Numbered from the stretch's first letter, positions 1 through 12,960 are shown. The stretch: 64,000 nt of DNA from Octopus sinensis (GCF_006345805.1 NC_043004.1:35650001-35714000); one strand, 5' to 3'. The notes: generated by a model not told the origin, from the letters alone. Numbers and translations: made by a program.

Positions 1-132
1 GGAGCTAGAACAATTCTATGTGCAAAACTAAATATATGACACCCTAGGTATAACACCAGCCTGAACTTCTAACTTGCTGTCTCTTGAGGCCTCTGGATAA
101 GACTTGGAGCAAATACAAAGCAAAAGTCAAAC

Positions 133-196
<64 letters not shown>
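1..196 (+). mobile_element. 3' end of a Dong/R4-type (RLE) non-LTR retrotransposon with (TAA)n tail
   Basis: 1-39 reads GARTILCAKLNI*, like the C-terminus GTAHILRKxLSI* at 37400-37460. A ~95-nt 3' UTR follows, then ~20 TAA units at 136-196. Confidence 0.7.
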
Positions 197-197
<1 letters not shown>

Positions 198-1194
198 TGC
201 TGCAGCTGCTAATAATACAACTACTACTATTCTGATCGTACAGGAATCTGAGGCCCAACTACCACTACCCCCACCCCTACAACAGTTGCTGTTGCTGCCA
301 CAACTGCTGCTGCTACTACACATAGATACAATAATAAAGGCAGTAATTGACAACAGCAATAGAAGACTGAAGAAGACTGCCCAGCAAAGAGTGCAAAGAC
401 AGCAACAACTAATACAAGAACATCAACAACACAGGAAGTAACTAAAATCTACCACCCTCTAGCGACAAAATACAACAAGGGAAAAAAAAACAGTTATCGT
501 GGCTGCAGGAATAAGGATGAAGGCAATGATCACTGTCTTCATATGCTAAACCTGTTCACCGAAGAATATTACAAGTGAGCAATGGACTCTCCGGAAAGTC
601 GTTCTACATGACAGAAAGAGTAGTCACATCTCTTTTAAATTACAACTAACATCGTTGAGGAAGGCCAGATCAAATAGTATAATTTTCTATGTGGATGTCC
701 ATGTGAGTAGTGCTGGAAATTGGTGCCATCCCCTGCTCTGCATAGGTCTGTGTAACCTCCGAGTTTGTTAATATAACAATGACAAATAGTAAAAAAATAA
801 AAACAATAGTGATATCAGTGATGATGATAATAATAATAATAATGATAATAATAATAACAATGAAAGGAAGCGGGTGGAATCTCTCAATGTCCTGATTAAT
901 GATACATCTAATGATGGTGTCACAATAAAAACATTGGTAATTGCGCAACCTGATAATGGCTACCTCATATGAGTGACAATGAAAAAACAAAATATTGTGA
1001 ATAACGGTGGTAATGAAATTGAAGCCATTGATGGTGACAGTGTTGCACCCGACAGGCTCAGAGATTCTGGTCTGGCTCCATCCTGTCAATATCTACACAG
1101 TGTAGATGGAACAAGCAAATTAATTCTGTGGTCATGGAGTGTTACTACCTGAGCAACCCAGTAGCTGAAAATGGTACTCAAATTAGGGGTTACC

Positions 1195-1265
1195 GACAAG
1201 TATAAAGATCTTGAAATAGAAATTGGCCAACTGTAGAACCCCAAGACTAAAACAATACCTGACAA
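1195..1265 (+). mobile_element. Remnant of an RLE endonuclease domain (Dong/R4-like LINE)
   Basis: Translates KYKDLEIEIGQL*NPKTKTIP, matching the YKDLEIEIQKM..LKTRI motif at 37250-37310. Confidence 0.55.
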
Positions 1266-2579
1266 GGTATGTATGAGAAAAGGGATTGTTTCATCTCACA
1301 GAACAGAGATTAAGTGGTCAAGCTAGACTTGGATGTTGAATATCTCCCACGATAATTAACAACTAAGTATCAAAGCTTATAATGTGCAGAAAGAGACCCA
1401 GTGACACCTCTGATGGCAGGCTTCTATCCCCTCTCACAGGCTCTACCAGAACAAACAGACTAAATGTTCTGAGAAGTAAAACAGTAATAAAATGATAAAA
1501 AAAAGAAACTACCCTACATTTTATTTTTTATTTTTATTGGTGCTAAATCACATTTTCTATGAGCTCCTTATTGCAAAACCTGTCCAGGCTATGGAATATG
1601 TTTGTTGTTGTTGTTTTTTTCTGGTACTATGTAGATGTATTGTGGGTTTTTCCAGCTCAGTTATTTTCTTGTCAGTAGGCATATAACATAAAAGTAAAAC
1701 AATTGCAGGAAATGTTGCAGGCACTAAAAAACATGACCATATAAATAAATATACATAAAAATATCTACATCTGAGTGTACATTAGCATATTACTGGTAAT
1801 TGCACACTCCCATATTATAATCCTTATTGCTTAGTGTGAATAATTAGATTAATTTCAGCTTCACAAAACCTTGTACATATTAAATTTCTTATTTGTTGTT
1901 TAAATATAAGAACAACAGTTCATATTAGGTTATGCGTGATGAAATAGCCATTGAAGCATCACAAGGCAGAAATACACAGCCTGCAGTGCAATGATGTCAT
2001 TTAGCGTTCAATGCTATGTTTTCACACACTTACTGACTATAAGGAGAATTTCTCCCTTGAGACAGTATCTGCAGTGAAGGTCTTTCCATGCTAGAGTGTG
2101 TATGAATGATTCATATATGACTGCCTACATATACATTTTAATCATCGCTGTTTAGTTTACCATCAAGGAGTAAATTTGCGTTTTTACAAGTAACATTAAT
2201 GATTTCATAGAAACCGTTTAAGTATTATAATTGACTTTGTTAAAGATATTATATAACATATTTGATTTAAGTTTATCTAACAATAGTTCCTCAAAGTCTA
2301 GTTCAGAGTTCAGATGTTTTGCTCACAAATGTTCAATATTTTGGATTTGTATATGTTATGGTTGGTTCCACTTCTCCCCTTTCACTGGAAAAAAGTTAAT
2401 TTTGTTTAAAATTTACAAAAATTTTGACTTGCTGTTCAACTTTTAAATATCATTTAATGCTTGTTAATTGTTTTAAGAAATTTAGTTGAATTATTTGAGA
2501 CTTCTTCAATCACTCAACATTTCATAGGATCCTATCAAAAGCAACCATCATTACTCTGTCCAGAAGGATTCCCCAAGTG

Positions 2580-3140
2580 TGACCAACTGACATGATGGAT
2601 ATCATCCAAATGTCTCATTCTTGCTCTACCACTAGGTCTCTTGCCAGTTGGCTTGTCTTGAAGAATCCATCTTCTGATTCTTTCCTGTGACATTCTAATC
2701 CCAAGTGCATGGTACCTGAGCTGTGTGGAGGCACATGGCCTAGTGGTTAGAGCAGTGGACTCGTGGTCAAGGGATCGCGGGTTCGAATCTCAGACCGGGC
2801 GATGTGTGTGTTTACGAGCAAAACACCTAAGCTCCATGCTGCTCCGGCAGAAGGTAATGGCGAACTTCTGCTGACTCTTTCACCACAACTTTCTCTCACT
2901 CTTTCCTCTTGCATCTTGCAGCTCACCTGCGACGGATTGGCGTCCCATCCAGGTGGGGAACCTATATACCAAGGAAACCGGGTAACTGACACTTATGAGC
3001 CAGGCATGGATCGAGAAGGAACAGACAACAACAACCTGAGCTGTGACTGTGCAATGTAGAGATATAGTGACTTAACTTTGAGAGACTCTCTGATATTTGA
3101 GTCATGCAACCTGTCCAGTAACATCCTTCAGACATCCTTC
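2580..3140 (-). mobile_element. RTE LINE C-terminal fragment interrupted by a SINE
   Basis: Removing the SINE and one TSD rejoins LLDRLHDSNIRESLKVKSLYLYIAQSQLRYHALGIRMSQERIRRWILQDKPTGKRPSGRARMRHLDDI, a typical RTE post-RT region. Confidence 0.75.
2726..3033 (+). mobile_element. tRNA-derived SINE, full length, head type A with a Meta-like 3' domain
   Basis: A box TGGCCTAGTGG, B box GGTTCGAATCTC and a (CAA)n tail. Perfect 12-bp TSD ACCTGAGCTGTG at 2714-2725 and 3034-3045. Confidence 0.9.
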
Positions 3141-5124
3141 AGACAAACCCCATTTTGGCTGCTTCCAATTGCGATTGTAGTCTTTTGGTTGTAATTTTTC
3201 AAAATCATTTAGTTTTTTTGTTTTTCCTCTCCTCTTATTTGAATATTCTGTGAGCCAACGATACTCAGGCTGAATAATATTTATCTTTGAAAGTTTTTAA
3301 ATCTTTCATTTTGTTTTTGTGATATAGAATGTAAAAGATAACGATTAATAGATGTCACACACCTGCTAAATAATACTAATCAATTACTCAACAAACCATC
3401 ATTAAATATCCATTAATTGGTGAGCAACCATACTGACTTTTTTTTTATAAGAGAATCTAGTTCTTCTTCCTAGAGAAGTTTCCAGTCTAGAAATGTAAAA
3501 TTAAGCCAAGTTCTTCAAGGAGAATGCAAAAGAAAATATGCGTTTGTTACTTTTTGTTTTATATTCTTGAAATGCTTTTGAATAAAATGGTTCAGTTAGA
3601 TGCTTTTTCTTATCAAAATTGAACAATAAACATACCTTCAAGTGTCTTTTGGAAATCAACTTTTGTATCTTAAAATATGTAGCTACATCCAATACCTTGA
3701 TAATTATGATGCTCATATAAGATGCATGATAAGTTTTTGAAATATTTGGGGGAAAAAAGTGTTTAATATTCAGAAAAATATTGACTATTTTCACTAAACT
3801 ATTCCACAAATCAAGGAAAAACATGTGTAATAAAAGTATTTGCGTGAACAATCCATAAATATTTGAAATTATATAATATTGCATTGTTGATTCATGAATC
3901 ACTGTGTAGTTTCAGAAAATAGCTGTATCTTGGGTAGAGTTACTCACTCACTCTCTTTCTCTTCCTCTCTCTCTCTCTCTCACACACACACTCTATCTAT
4001 CAATCTATCTAGCTATCTACCTGTCTGTCTATTTATTTCCCATATTTATTCTAAGCATTACAAATGAAATGTTTCTTTAGAGTTGATGGCAATTCTACAA
4101 CAATATTTCTACAAATTCAAGTTTGAAACCTGTTATTAATTTTTGTGCATTCCCCCCACCCCCCGTATGGTTTCCTTCAGCATTATCCACTCTGTAGTGA
4201 TGTTTATTCAGTGTCTGTTGACAGAAATCCCATATTTGTTTTCACCTCGTTTATTTGGTTCCTCAGCATTGATAACAAAATAAAATGTTTTGTCAACTCA
4301 TAATGGTCGGGATTAAGAATTATCTCTCTTTAATCTGATTGGTAAATTCATCCTGGTGAACCACAGAACATTTGCTCGGGAAAGTCCCTCTGTTAGATTT
4401 AATATGACCAATTCAGATGCAAGTGGATGGTGGAGGTGGTGATGGCAGCGACGGTTGCAGTGGTAGCAGCGGTAGTGATGAGGATGAAAATGATGATATA
4501 ACAGTAGTGGCGATGGCAGTGTTAAATCATGTCATAAGATACAAAAAAAAAATGTTGCAAAATTTACATTATTCTCTTAACAAAACACATTTAAACCCCA
4601 ATTATAAAAAATCCCCCAAATCTGTTATCAACAGAAAACAGACGCTTCTTTAGCTTGGCTTAATTCCTTGCATTTTAGGTTTCTGTTGATTTGATTCTCT
4701 TCTTCCTTTCTTCCCCGTGCCTCCCTCTAGTTCAGTCATGTGCATGAATACTGGTCGAAGACACATAAATATTTAAGTTCTGGTCACATATCTCCACAGA
4801 TAATCCTATATTATTTTCACTAGAAATAGATTTAAGCATACCAATATTATGATATTGTATTACAGCTTCTGACATTATTTTCTCTTACCCAACCCAAATC
4901 TTCGTCGTCAGTGTCACCACCACCACAACCACCATCAGCATCATCATCATTGTCATCATCTTAACATCAAATTTTCTACCAGATGCTCTTCCTGCTGCTA
5001 AACCTTGCCTGTTTCCAAGCAAGATAATATTTCTGTATGAGTGAATATGTTTGCACAAGAGAATGGAAAACAACATATCTTGCTTATGTCTGTTACACAA
5101 TATCAAGAAAAGGAGAATGAACAG

Positions 5125-5275
5125 ACACACACACTCATGATAGGCTTCTTTCAGTTTCCATTGATCAAATACACTCAAGATATTTTCGATGGCCCTGGGC
5201 TATAGTAAAAGACAATTTTTGTGGAAGACATGTTTTTACTGAAACTTGAAATCTGTCATGCAGTTCCAGTTTCAC
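5125..5275 (-). mobile_element. Degenerate SINE type C fragment
   Basis: Reverse complement of the GGAAACTGAAAGAAGCC / CTATAGCC body seen at 13022-13440. Confidence 0.6.
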
Positions 5276-5628
5276 ACTACACTACTGCAATCTCCAGTTC
5301 TCACCTGAAGATCACCGCGGTGTGAAACTCAGGTTACAAGGCAAACTAATTTCAATAAAAATTACACAAACGTACGGAAGATGGTAAATTGCTAGAATCA
5401 CTGGTGCATCAGACAAAATTCCTAGCAATGTTTACTTACAGATCTTTACACTCTGAGTTCCAATCCTGTCAAGAACTGGGGTTGATGTTATTGACTGCCC
5501 TCAAAATTACTGGCCTTGGGACTGAATTAGAAACAGTACACATGTAAACAGATATTCAGTTATATGTAGATACATACACATATATGTGCATATGCACACA
5601 CATAGAGGCACACATATAAATGCATGCA

Positions 5629-5691
<63 letters not shown>

Positions 5692-5711
5692 TTATGTATG
5701 TATGTATTTAT

Positions 5712-5932
5712 AAGAAGGTGCATAGATAAGTGGATAGAATGACATCACTGGTGCCAAGCTGTATCAGCCTTTGCCTTTCCCTCAGACAACATCAGTAACA
5801 TAGAGAGGGGAGGCTGGTATACATGGGTGACTGCTGGCTTTCTATAAACAACTTTGCCCAGACTTGTGCCTCACAGGGGAACTTTCTAGGTGCAATTCCA
5901 TGGTCATTCATGACCAAAGAGAGATCTTTAAC
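5712..5932 (+). mobile_element. Probable degenerate SINE of another family
   Basis: tRNA-like head (AAGGTGCATAGATAAGTGG) and a GC-richer body between TA-rich microsatellites. Confidence 0.4.
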
Positions 5933-5944
5933 ATTTTATTTATA

Positions 5945-6150
5945 TATATATGAATGATCACTAAATCCACAACTATTTTTTATTCTCTCTCTGTTTATTT
6001 CCTCATATTCCTTTTTGTTGAAGAGTGTAGGCTCGAAACATAAAAGACTTTCTCACCTTCCCAAGCATCAAACTAACACACCTGCTTGTTGTTTATAGAT
6101 CTGTCTTCGTCTTTTGTTTTTCTGTAAATTTCAATTATATATATATATAC
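5945..6150 (+). mobile_element. Short Penelope-type element in (TA)n with a degenerate hammerhead core
   Basis: TTGAAGA-G...C-GAAAC at 6018-6039; (TA)n on both sides. Confidence 0.55.
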
Positions 6151-6288
6151 ACACACACACAAACACACACACACACACACACACATATTTATATAATAGA
6201 ATGAATGGTTTATACCTGGTACCTTACTGCTAAATCATGGTCACGTATTTTTCTGCAATATATGGATAATTTATCCTGTTCACACTAT

Positions 6289-6375
6289 TTTATTAACATT
6301 ATCACGCATTTGAGAATTAAAAATTTATTTCTCTTTCTTTCAATACATCTCAATGCTTCTAAAACAAAGTTTATT
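6289..6375 (-). terminator. Cluster of AATAAA polyadenylation signals 3' of the putative terminal exon
   Basis: TTTATT on the plus strand at 6289-6294, 6324-6329 and 6370-6375, 125-210 nt past the TGA. AATAAA is common in AT-rich DNA, so this is supporting evidence only. Confidence 0.4.
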
Positions 6376-6500
6376 TGTTTACTTTCATCACATATACATA
6401 CATTTTTATGGCAAAATAAACATACGGACTATATATTCATTCTTCACTTGTTTGTTACTTTTCTTATTCTAACTGATGTCAATTGTCCCAAAATCTTTTG

Positions 6501-6555
6501 TCACACATCTGTAACCTCTTCAGTGACACTTTCCATCCTTGTGTATCCTCTTGCT
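6501..6555 (-). CDS. Putative terminal coding exon: (I)ARGYTRMESVTEEVTDV*
   Basis: Strong acceptor tttgtttgttccattctaaacag at 6556 upward. The phase-2 start joins the exon at 18201 (AT+A = Ile). Ends in T-D-V-stop, followed by AT-rich UTR-like sequence. Confidence 0.55.
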
Positions 6556-7224
6556 CTGTTTAGAATGGAACAAACAAAGCAAGAGCATAAACGAAGACAG
6601 AAATATATATGTGTGTGGGAGGCAGGTGAGCACATGTGCATGCATGCACGCACATATCTGTGAGATCATGTCTGTTTGTGTGTGTGTATGAGTCAGTTCA
6701 GGCAGCCACCAGGTCAAAAGACTGGAATCACACTCCCACCAAATTCTTGACCATGTTGAAGTGCCAGAGCCAGCCATCAAAGGACTCCACAAGGTAAAGC
6801 CGTTCAATCCAATGCCATAAACACCCCCTCCACACACCTCTCCATTTACATTAGATTCTTTATATTTTACTTTTATTTTATTTATATATTTTTTAGTAAC
6901 CACTTCTTGATCACAACTATAAACACACATCCATCCCTATTTACATTAAATTCCTTGTGTTTTTATTTTTTTATTTTCTTATTGACCATATATTCCTCAC
7001 TTAACCAAAATGTGTCTGAACTGCTAGCAACTCACCACCAGCATATAATTTGGAGAGGAAAGAAAATGTAAACCTGCTAACTTTTGAAGCATGTTATGTC
7101 ACCTGATGAGGCTTACTGCACTGTACGTTGCATCTGATGTCATTACAACATCCCACACCTATTAGGTATCGGTGCAAAATTGTTGTACTAATAAAGCTTC
7201 TAGTTACACTCCATCTTCTGTATC

Positions 7225-7229
7225 AATCA

Positions 7230-7283
<54 letters not shown>

Positions 7284-7340
7284 ATATATATATATATATG
7301 TGTGTATATATATATATGTATGTATATATATATATGTATG

Positions 7341-7372
<32 letters not shown>

Positions 7373-7410
7373 TATGTATGTATATATGTATGTATGTATA
7401 TATATACATA

Positions 7411-7445
<35 letters not shown>
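7225..7445. repeat. Compound (TA)n/(TG)n microsatellite
   Basis: Directly visible; source of the YI/IY-rich artefact ORFs. Confidence 0.95.
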
Positions 7446-8567
7446 TTGCCTTGGCAAACATATTCTGTCTGTTTTGCTAGAAAGAGGTAGAAACTGATCA
7501 GTCCGGGATATATCGTTAATGGTAAATGTTTTTGATTTTCACTCTCGATGAATTTATCCCTTTTTGTGTCTCTAGCACTAGGCCTCCTTATTTGGGAGCC
7601 CTTTATTATATTTCTATATGAATAATATTTTTCTATATGAATAATATTTTGTCTAATGACTAATTCGTCTTTTGTGCTAGGCCACTGGTAATAATAATCT
7701 ATGTTATTACCCTTTTTGATTAGATAGATAGATAGATAGATACATGTGTGTGTATGTGTGTGTGTAAATAGATACATGTTTATATATACTTGTGTGTGTG
7801 TGTATATATATATGTATGCCAATCCATGCCAGCATGAACAAAGGATGTTAAATGATGATGATGATGATACACCCACCCACCCACACACACACACGCATAT
7901 ATATGTATGTATGTATGTAAATCTATTTAATATCAACTGAGCAATAATCTTGTAAGGTGCATTTCAAAGCTCCTGTATTGCTATTGGCCACCATATGCCA
8001 TTGTACAGCAGGATTACTTCTTTTGCTCGACATACAAGTGGAAATACATTAGTGTATGCAGAAATTCAAATATAAATTTATAAAACAAGAAGATGGAATG
8101 AACAGGTTTTAATCACAAACCACAATAATTGTTTGTGTGTGCATTGGTACAGCTGTTGGTTGATGAATTTTTCATATCATATTCTTACACAAATAGTTTG
8201 ATGTGCAGGTACATGGCTGCTGTTGGATCATATTTATTTCTATAATAATTTATGTAATAAAATGGTAGGGAAAACTCAGCAAGTAACAGCTGTTACCAAT
8301 GCAAAAATCAATTGTTGTGATTTGTGATTGAAGCCTGTTCATTTCATCTTCTTAGTTTATAAATTTTTAAACATGTGTGTGTCTGTGTATATGTATGTAC
8401 ATATATATACACATACATAGATATATAAATGTAGGTACATAAAAATATACATGCATTTACACATGCACACGTATGCACATGCATACATACAAGCACACAT
8501 ATACAAACACATACACACAAATAAACACAGCAGTAGTATTAATGCCCATCTTACATGCTGGCATGGG

Positions 8568-9660
8568 CTAAGGAACTTTGGGCTTGGGAACAAGCAAGAA
8601 CATCTTTCCTGATCAAGTCTACCTTCGACGTTTTACCTTCACCGGCGAATTTAGTCCAGTGGAACATACAAACAAGAGATGAATGTAGATGCAGAGATAA
8701 AGTGACAGTGAGACATGTTCTGTCAAACTGCAGGCTAGCACTCAACAGATATACATGGTATTACAATCATGTCCTTGATGTCGTAAGCGCAGCACTCAAG
8801 GAGAAGATCAAGGGATATAATAGGGGAGAGTACCCAAAAGTGGAAAAGCACAGAAACATACTTCCAGGAGGGAAAAAGGCATAAGACCAGGCCTTCAAAA
8901 AAAGTACACGAGAGAGATGAAAAATGGAAGGGATACTGGGAGCTGGCTGCAGATTTGGGAAGACTTAATATTTTCAGTCATAAAAACAACAAAAAGACCA
9001 GACTTAATCCTATGGAATACAGAATGAAAAATTGGAATTTTGCTAGTGCTGACAGTGCCATGGGAAGAGAACATCGCTAATGCAGAGCAACGGAAAGAGA
9101 GGTTAATTGAAGAGTGTGGGGAACAGGGGTGGACTGTCAAGTATTACCACCTGGCAGCGGGGGCTAGAGGCTTCATTGAAAGGAAAACGGTAACGTTATT
9201 TAAAAGAAAGTTTGCATTTTCGAACTCAGAGCTGACAAAAGTAATAAGGAGGATACAGAAGGCAGTTGAAAAAGCCAGCTTCTATATATGGCTGAAACGA
9301 AAAGATCCAAAATGGCTCAAAAGCCATAACATGCCGACTGGGAAATAGGGAAATAGCGTTACTAGGTGAGACTGGCTGACACTTAAGCAGCATTGCTAAT
9401 TGACAGGTGGACCAAGTGCCCTCCTCCTGGTTTGAAGGTTAGTACTGCCAAACAGCTTATCAGCTCTGGCTGCTGGAACTGAAACTCTCATGACACTGTT
9501 GGAAGGTAGGTTTAGAGAGGGTGTGGGCCAAAACTAGACCTGGCAGGGAGCGCCATACTGAAAACAGTAGAGGAGTAGGGGCCAAATCCAGATGTGGTTC
9601 CTCCTGTTGATGTCTTATGCCACTGGATCCTGTAAAGGAGCAGTTGAAGTAGTGAAACAT
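8568..9660 (+). mobile_element. 5'-truncated HERO-clade RLE non-LTR retrotransposon (zinc knuckle plus restriction-like endonuclease), degenerate
   Basis: KELWAWEQARTSFLIKSTFDVLPSPANLVQW..C..HVLSNC..RYTW, then WELAADL, RPDLILW, LTVPWEENI, GARGF and KAVEKASFYIWLKR, with frameshifts. It interrupts a CATGCTGGCATGG|TTGGA repeat tail. Confidence 0.85.
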
Positions 9661-10328
9661 GGTTGGAATTTCATTTCAGCTTTGGTATAGTCTCTATGGT
9701 TGGATGCTCTTCCTAACACCAGCCAACTTACAGTGTGTACCAGGTACATTTTTGTGCCATTGACTTTTGTAGAGTTGGCAAGTAACTTGCAAAATAAGAA
9801 AGATTAAGAAAATTGAAAGGCCTTCTCAACTAAGTGGTGGTGGTGGTGGTAGAGTATTTTAGCAGCTGGAGAGTAGGTTTTTACGCCAGAGATCAGCAGA
9901 GTTGTCTTGCTATAGAGATGATACATAGCCACCCAGCATTTATATGAGGGTGGGTGAGAGAATCTGAGAAAAACTTAAGATGGTAGTGATGAGATGCCCT
10001 TGTGAAGCCGGCAAGGAGTAAGAAATTATACAGGCAGTGTATGAGGAGGTGGAAGCAATTACAGGAGTGTGAGGAAGGGAGCTGAGATAGGATTGAGATG
10101 AAGGTAGAGGTGAATGTAATGAGTGAAGAATAGGAATGGAGAAGTGGTGTGATGGTGAATATCAGTGTGTGTGTGGGGGGGGCAGTGGGTTAAGATGAGA
10201 GAGTGGCTTGGGAATGAGAGCTCAAGGAATAGATGATCAGCAAGACATAGGAGCAATGGGGAAGGGGATAAAGTGGTATAGAAGGAGTATCTATAGGGAG
10301 TGGTGTTGGTGGTGGTGGTGGTGGTAGC

Positions 10329-10361
<33 letters not shown>

Positions 10362-10892
10362 AAACAATGCCATAAAATCCAAATGTGAGAAGACAGAGGG
10401 GATGGTAGCTGATACATGAGCTGTCAAGAATGAAGTATGGCAGAAGAAAAGAGAGGGGAAGAATGGAAGAACAGAGAAGGGAGGAGAATGAAGGATGGAA
10501 GCAAGAGGGGGGTGGAATAAAGGCAGTAATGAATAGCACAAGGAATTAGGGAATCATATGTGTAAGGGAGGGATGGTTGTTGGGGGAAAGGGGTAGGTGG
10601 GAATGATGAAATGTGGAGAGTACTTGGCCCAGCAGTATGGGTGGGTGGACATTGCCCAGCACATGGGAAAGGGGTAGACAGGGAGACAAGATGGAGGAAA
10701 TGCTTAACAAGATTGCATGGGTATGGGGGTCAGTTCCCAGCACTTAGAAGCATAAACAGTGCTTTTAGGACCTTGTATTTGCAGTTATGGATAGGACTTC
10801 TCAAACATTCAAACAGAATACATATATGCTTTCATTCATTATTAGTCACTTTTCCCTTTCATTAATTAATTTTCATAGGTAATTAACATATA

Positions 10893-11055
10893 GGCACAGG
10901 AGTGGCTGTGTGGTAAGTAGCTAGCTTACCAACCACAAGGTCCTGGGTTCAGTCACACTGCATGGCACCTTGGGCAAGTGTCTTCTACTATAGGCTGACC
11001 AAAGCCTTGTGAGTGGATTTGATAGACGGAAACTGGAAGAATCCTGTCGTATATG

Positions 11056-11090
<35 letters not shown>

Positions 11091-11213
11091 TTGTCCCCCC
11101 ACCATCACTTGACAACCGATGCTGGTGTGTTTACATTCCTGTAACTTAGCGGTTCAGCAAAGGAGACTGATAGAATAAGTACTCAGCTTCCAAAGAATAA
11201 GCTCTGAGGTCGT
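10893..11213 (+). mobile_element. SINE type C with internal TA/TG microsatellite
   Basis: Head GGAGTGGCTGTGTGGTAAGTAGC..GGTTCAGTC; near-identical to 13022-13440 and 45308-45712. Confidence 0.9.
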
Positions 11214-11565
11214 TCTATGGCAATTTCTAATCATCTTTTCATTATTTTCGCAATAATTACATACACATCACATTCTCCTTAACATCTTTCTAAGGTTAAT
11301 ATTATTTTCAGTAGCTTCTATTTTCCAATGTCTAAGTCTTAGTCACAAGAATTATCCTAACAAGAATTAAGGTTCTCAGGTGAAATACGAATGCTGCATT
11401 CTTCATGTCTGTTGTTATTGCACACAAGCTATTTCCTTGGATCACTGTATGATCCACCGGTGATGTGATTAGTTGAGTGGGTAATCAGATTAAAATATTC
11501 GTTATTTGATCTGCGCTGGTATGTTGCTGATCCAGAAGGCAATTCATAAAGTTGATTGCCTTGCA

Positions 11566-12960
11566 CAAAGGTTCTCAACTGAGAGGCCATGATTAAATTT
11601 TCAGTTGTCCACCAGCAAATTGATAAAATGTGTATAATTTTAAGTCCATAGAGGGCAGCAAATGAACACCTCGTTTTTTCATGAACATATGTTTGCTTCG
11701 TCCCTTGGCAAATATATTGCAGTGTTGAAGATTGCAAATGCTATGGTGGTTATAATATCTGAGATTTAAATACACTAATTTTATTGAGTATTAATATTAA
11801 TAATTGCATTAATTAATTTAATTAATCATTGATTAATGCAACAATGAAGAGGAGAAAATTAATTTAAATTGCTGTCACATCAACTTTATTTTTAAATTAA
11901 ATTTGGCAAAAGAAAATAAATTGAATTTTAAGTCTGACGGCTGCAATTGGACCAAACTGAAAAACTCAGTGGAATATATTAAATCAGGATCTGCCTCCCA
12001 AGAAAAAAGTGTTATGAATTTTTTGCAGAGTGCTCTGTTTTAAAACCTGTGAAATGAAAATTTCATTTAGATAAAAAAATGAATATTTTAAACTTAGTTC
12101 ATTTGATATAAAGTTCGTATCAATTGTCTGTTAAGTTTCAAATGATATCTTTTTGAAACTACCAGAACTTTTTTTACACAAATGTCCAATGCAGTGCAAA
12201 CTTCAAAGGCTGTTACATACAACAAAGAGCTCAGGTCAAGAGATTGCCTCACGCTATTGGTGAGCAATTTAATGGACCATATGCTAAACAGATTTCACAA
12301 ACTGTTCTTGATTATGTCACAGATAAATTGAATGATATCTCTCTTTCCAATTACAGGAAGGTGAGGGAGTTATCAAAGAACATCAACAATCAAGTAATTA
12401 ATGTAATTAATGAAGCCAAAGGTTTTCTTATTCTGACCACAGCCAACTTTGTTGATGTCATGGAAACTGGTGCTGCTGAGTTTCTCAATGCCAATGGTCT
12501 ACATTGGGAAAATTTTGTGAGTGCTTCTTTTGATGATGTACCAGCCAGGCTGGAATCAAAATGGTGTATGAAAACATCGATTAAAAAGATAATTCAAAGG
12601 AAAAGGTGTTCATTGCTTCTTAGACAAGGAACTATTCATGAATATGACATTGCTAAACAAAAACTAATACATCATTTAGCATGTAGAATGGTTCCAGGAC
12701 AACTTTTCAGAGCATGAAAATTCTCTGATAATCATCAATCTATGTCATATTAAAAAAAATTACAATTTCAGACCCAGTTTAAGAAGAATTTTTGGAATTC
12801 AGGAATAATTTTAACTCACAACTGCTTTTTTTTTTTTTTTGTCTCTCAAAATTCTTGGGTCTGCATATCAGAGAGCTATTGTGTACTGTGAAACTACTTC
12901 CATTTGCATCTTGACATTGTTTCTGAAGCTGGACTTGATTGTTAAAAATGATTTATGTTG
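11566..12960 (+). mobile_element. Decayed hAT (Charlie/Buster, ZBED5/SCAND3-like) transposon
   Basis: 12181-12717 reads LPHAIGEQFNGPYAKQISQTVLDYVTDKLNDISLSNYRKVRELSKNINNQVINVI...NANGLHWENFVSASFDDVPA, resembling Buster-type KPHTIGEELI..IPLSN..GLDWKNCVGVCTDGAPA. CAAAGGTTCTCAAC at 11566 resembles a Charlie terminus. The boundaries are approximate. Confidence 0.7.

Noticed and set aside
69-359. Poly-Tyr ORF and other homopolymer ORFs (poly-Ile, poly-Asp, poly-Val, poly-Pro)
   Set aside because: Produced by TAA, GAT and GGT trinucleotide repeats.
2729-2810. tRNA-like sequences with A and B boxes (also ~16905-16980, 13025-13100, 51255-51340)
   Set aside because: They are SINE heads continuing into SINE bodies, some with TSDs; not tRNA genes.
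7105-7130. CTGATGAG hammerhead-like start (also CTGACGAG at ~25264 and CTGAAGAG at ~57808)
   Set aside because: No stem II followed by GAAAC and an NUH site.
7128-7490. Overlapping YI/IY/CV-rich ORFs (also 23014-23388, 39470-40326, 43890-45017, 46224-47163)
   Set aside because: Translations of TA/TG/TACA microsatellites, which lack stops by composition.
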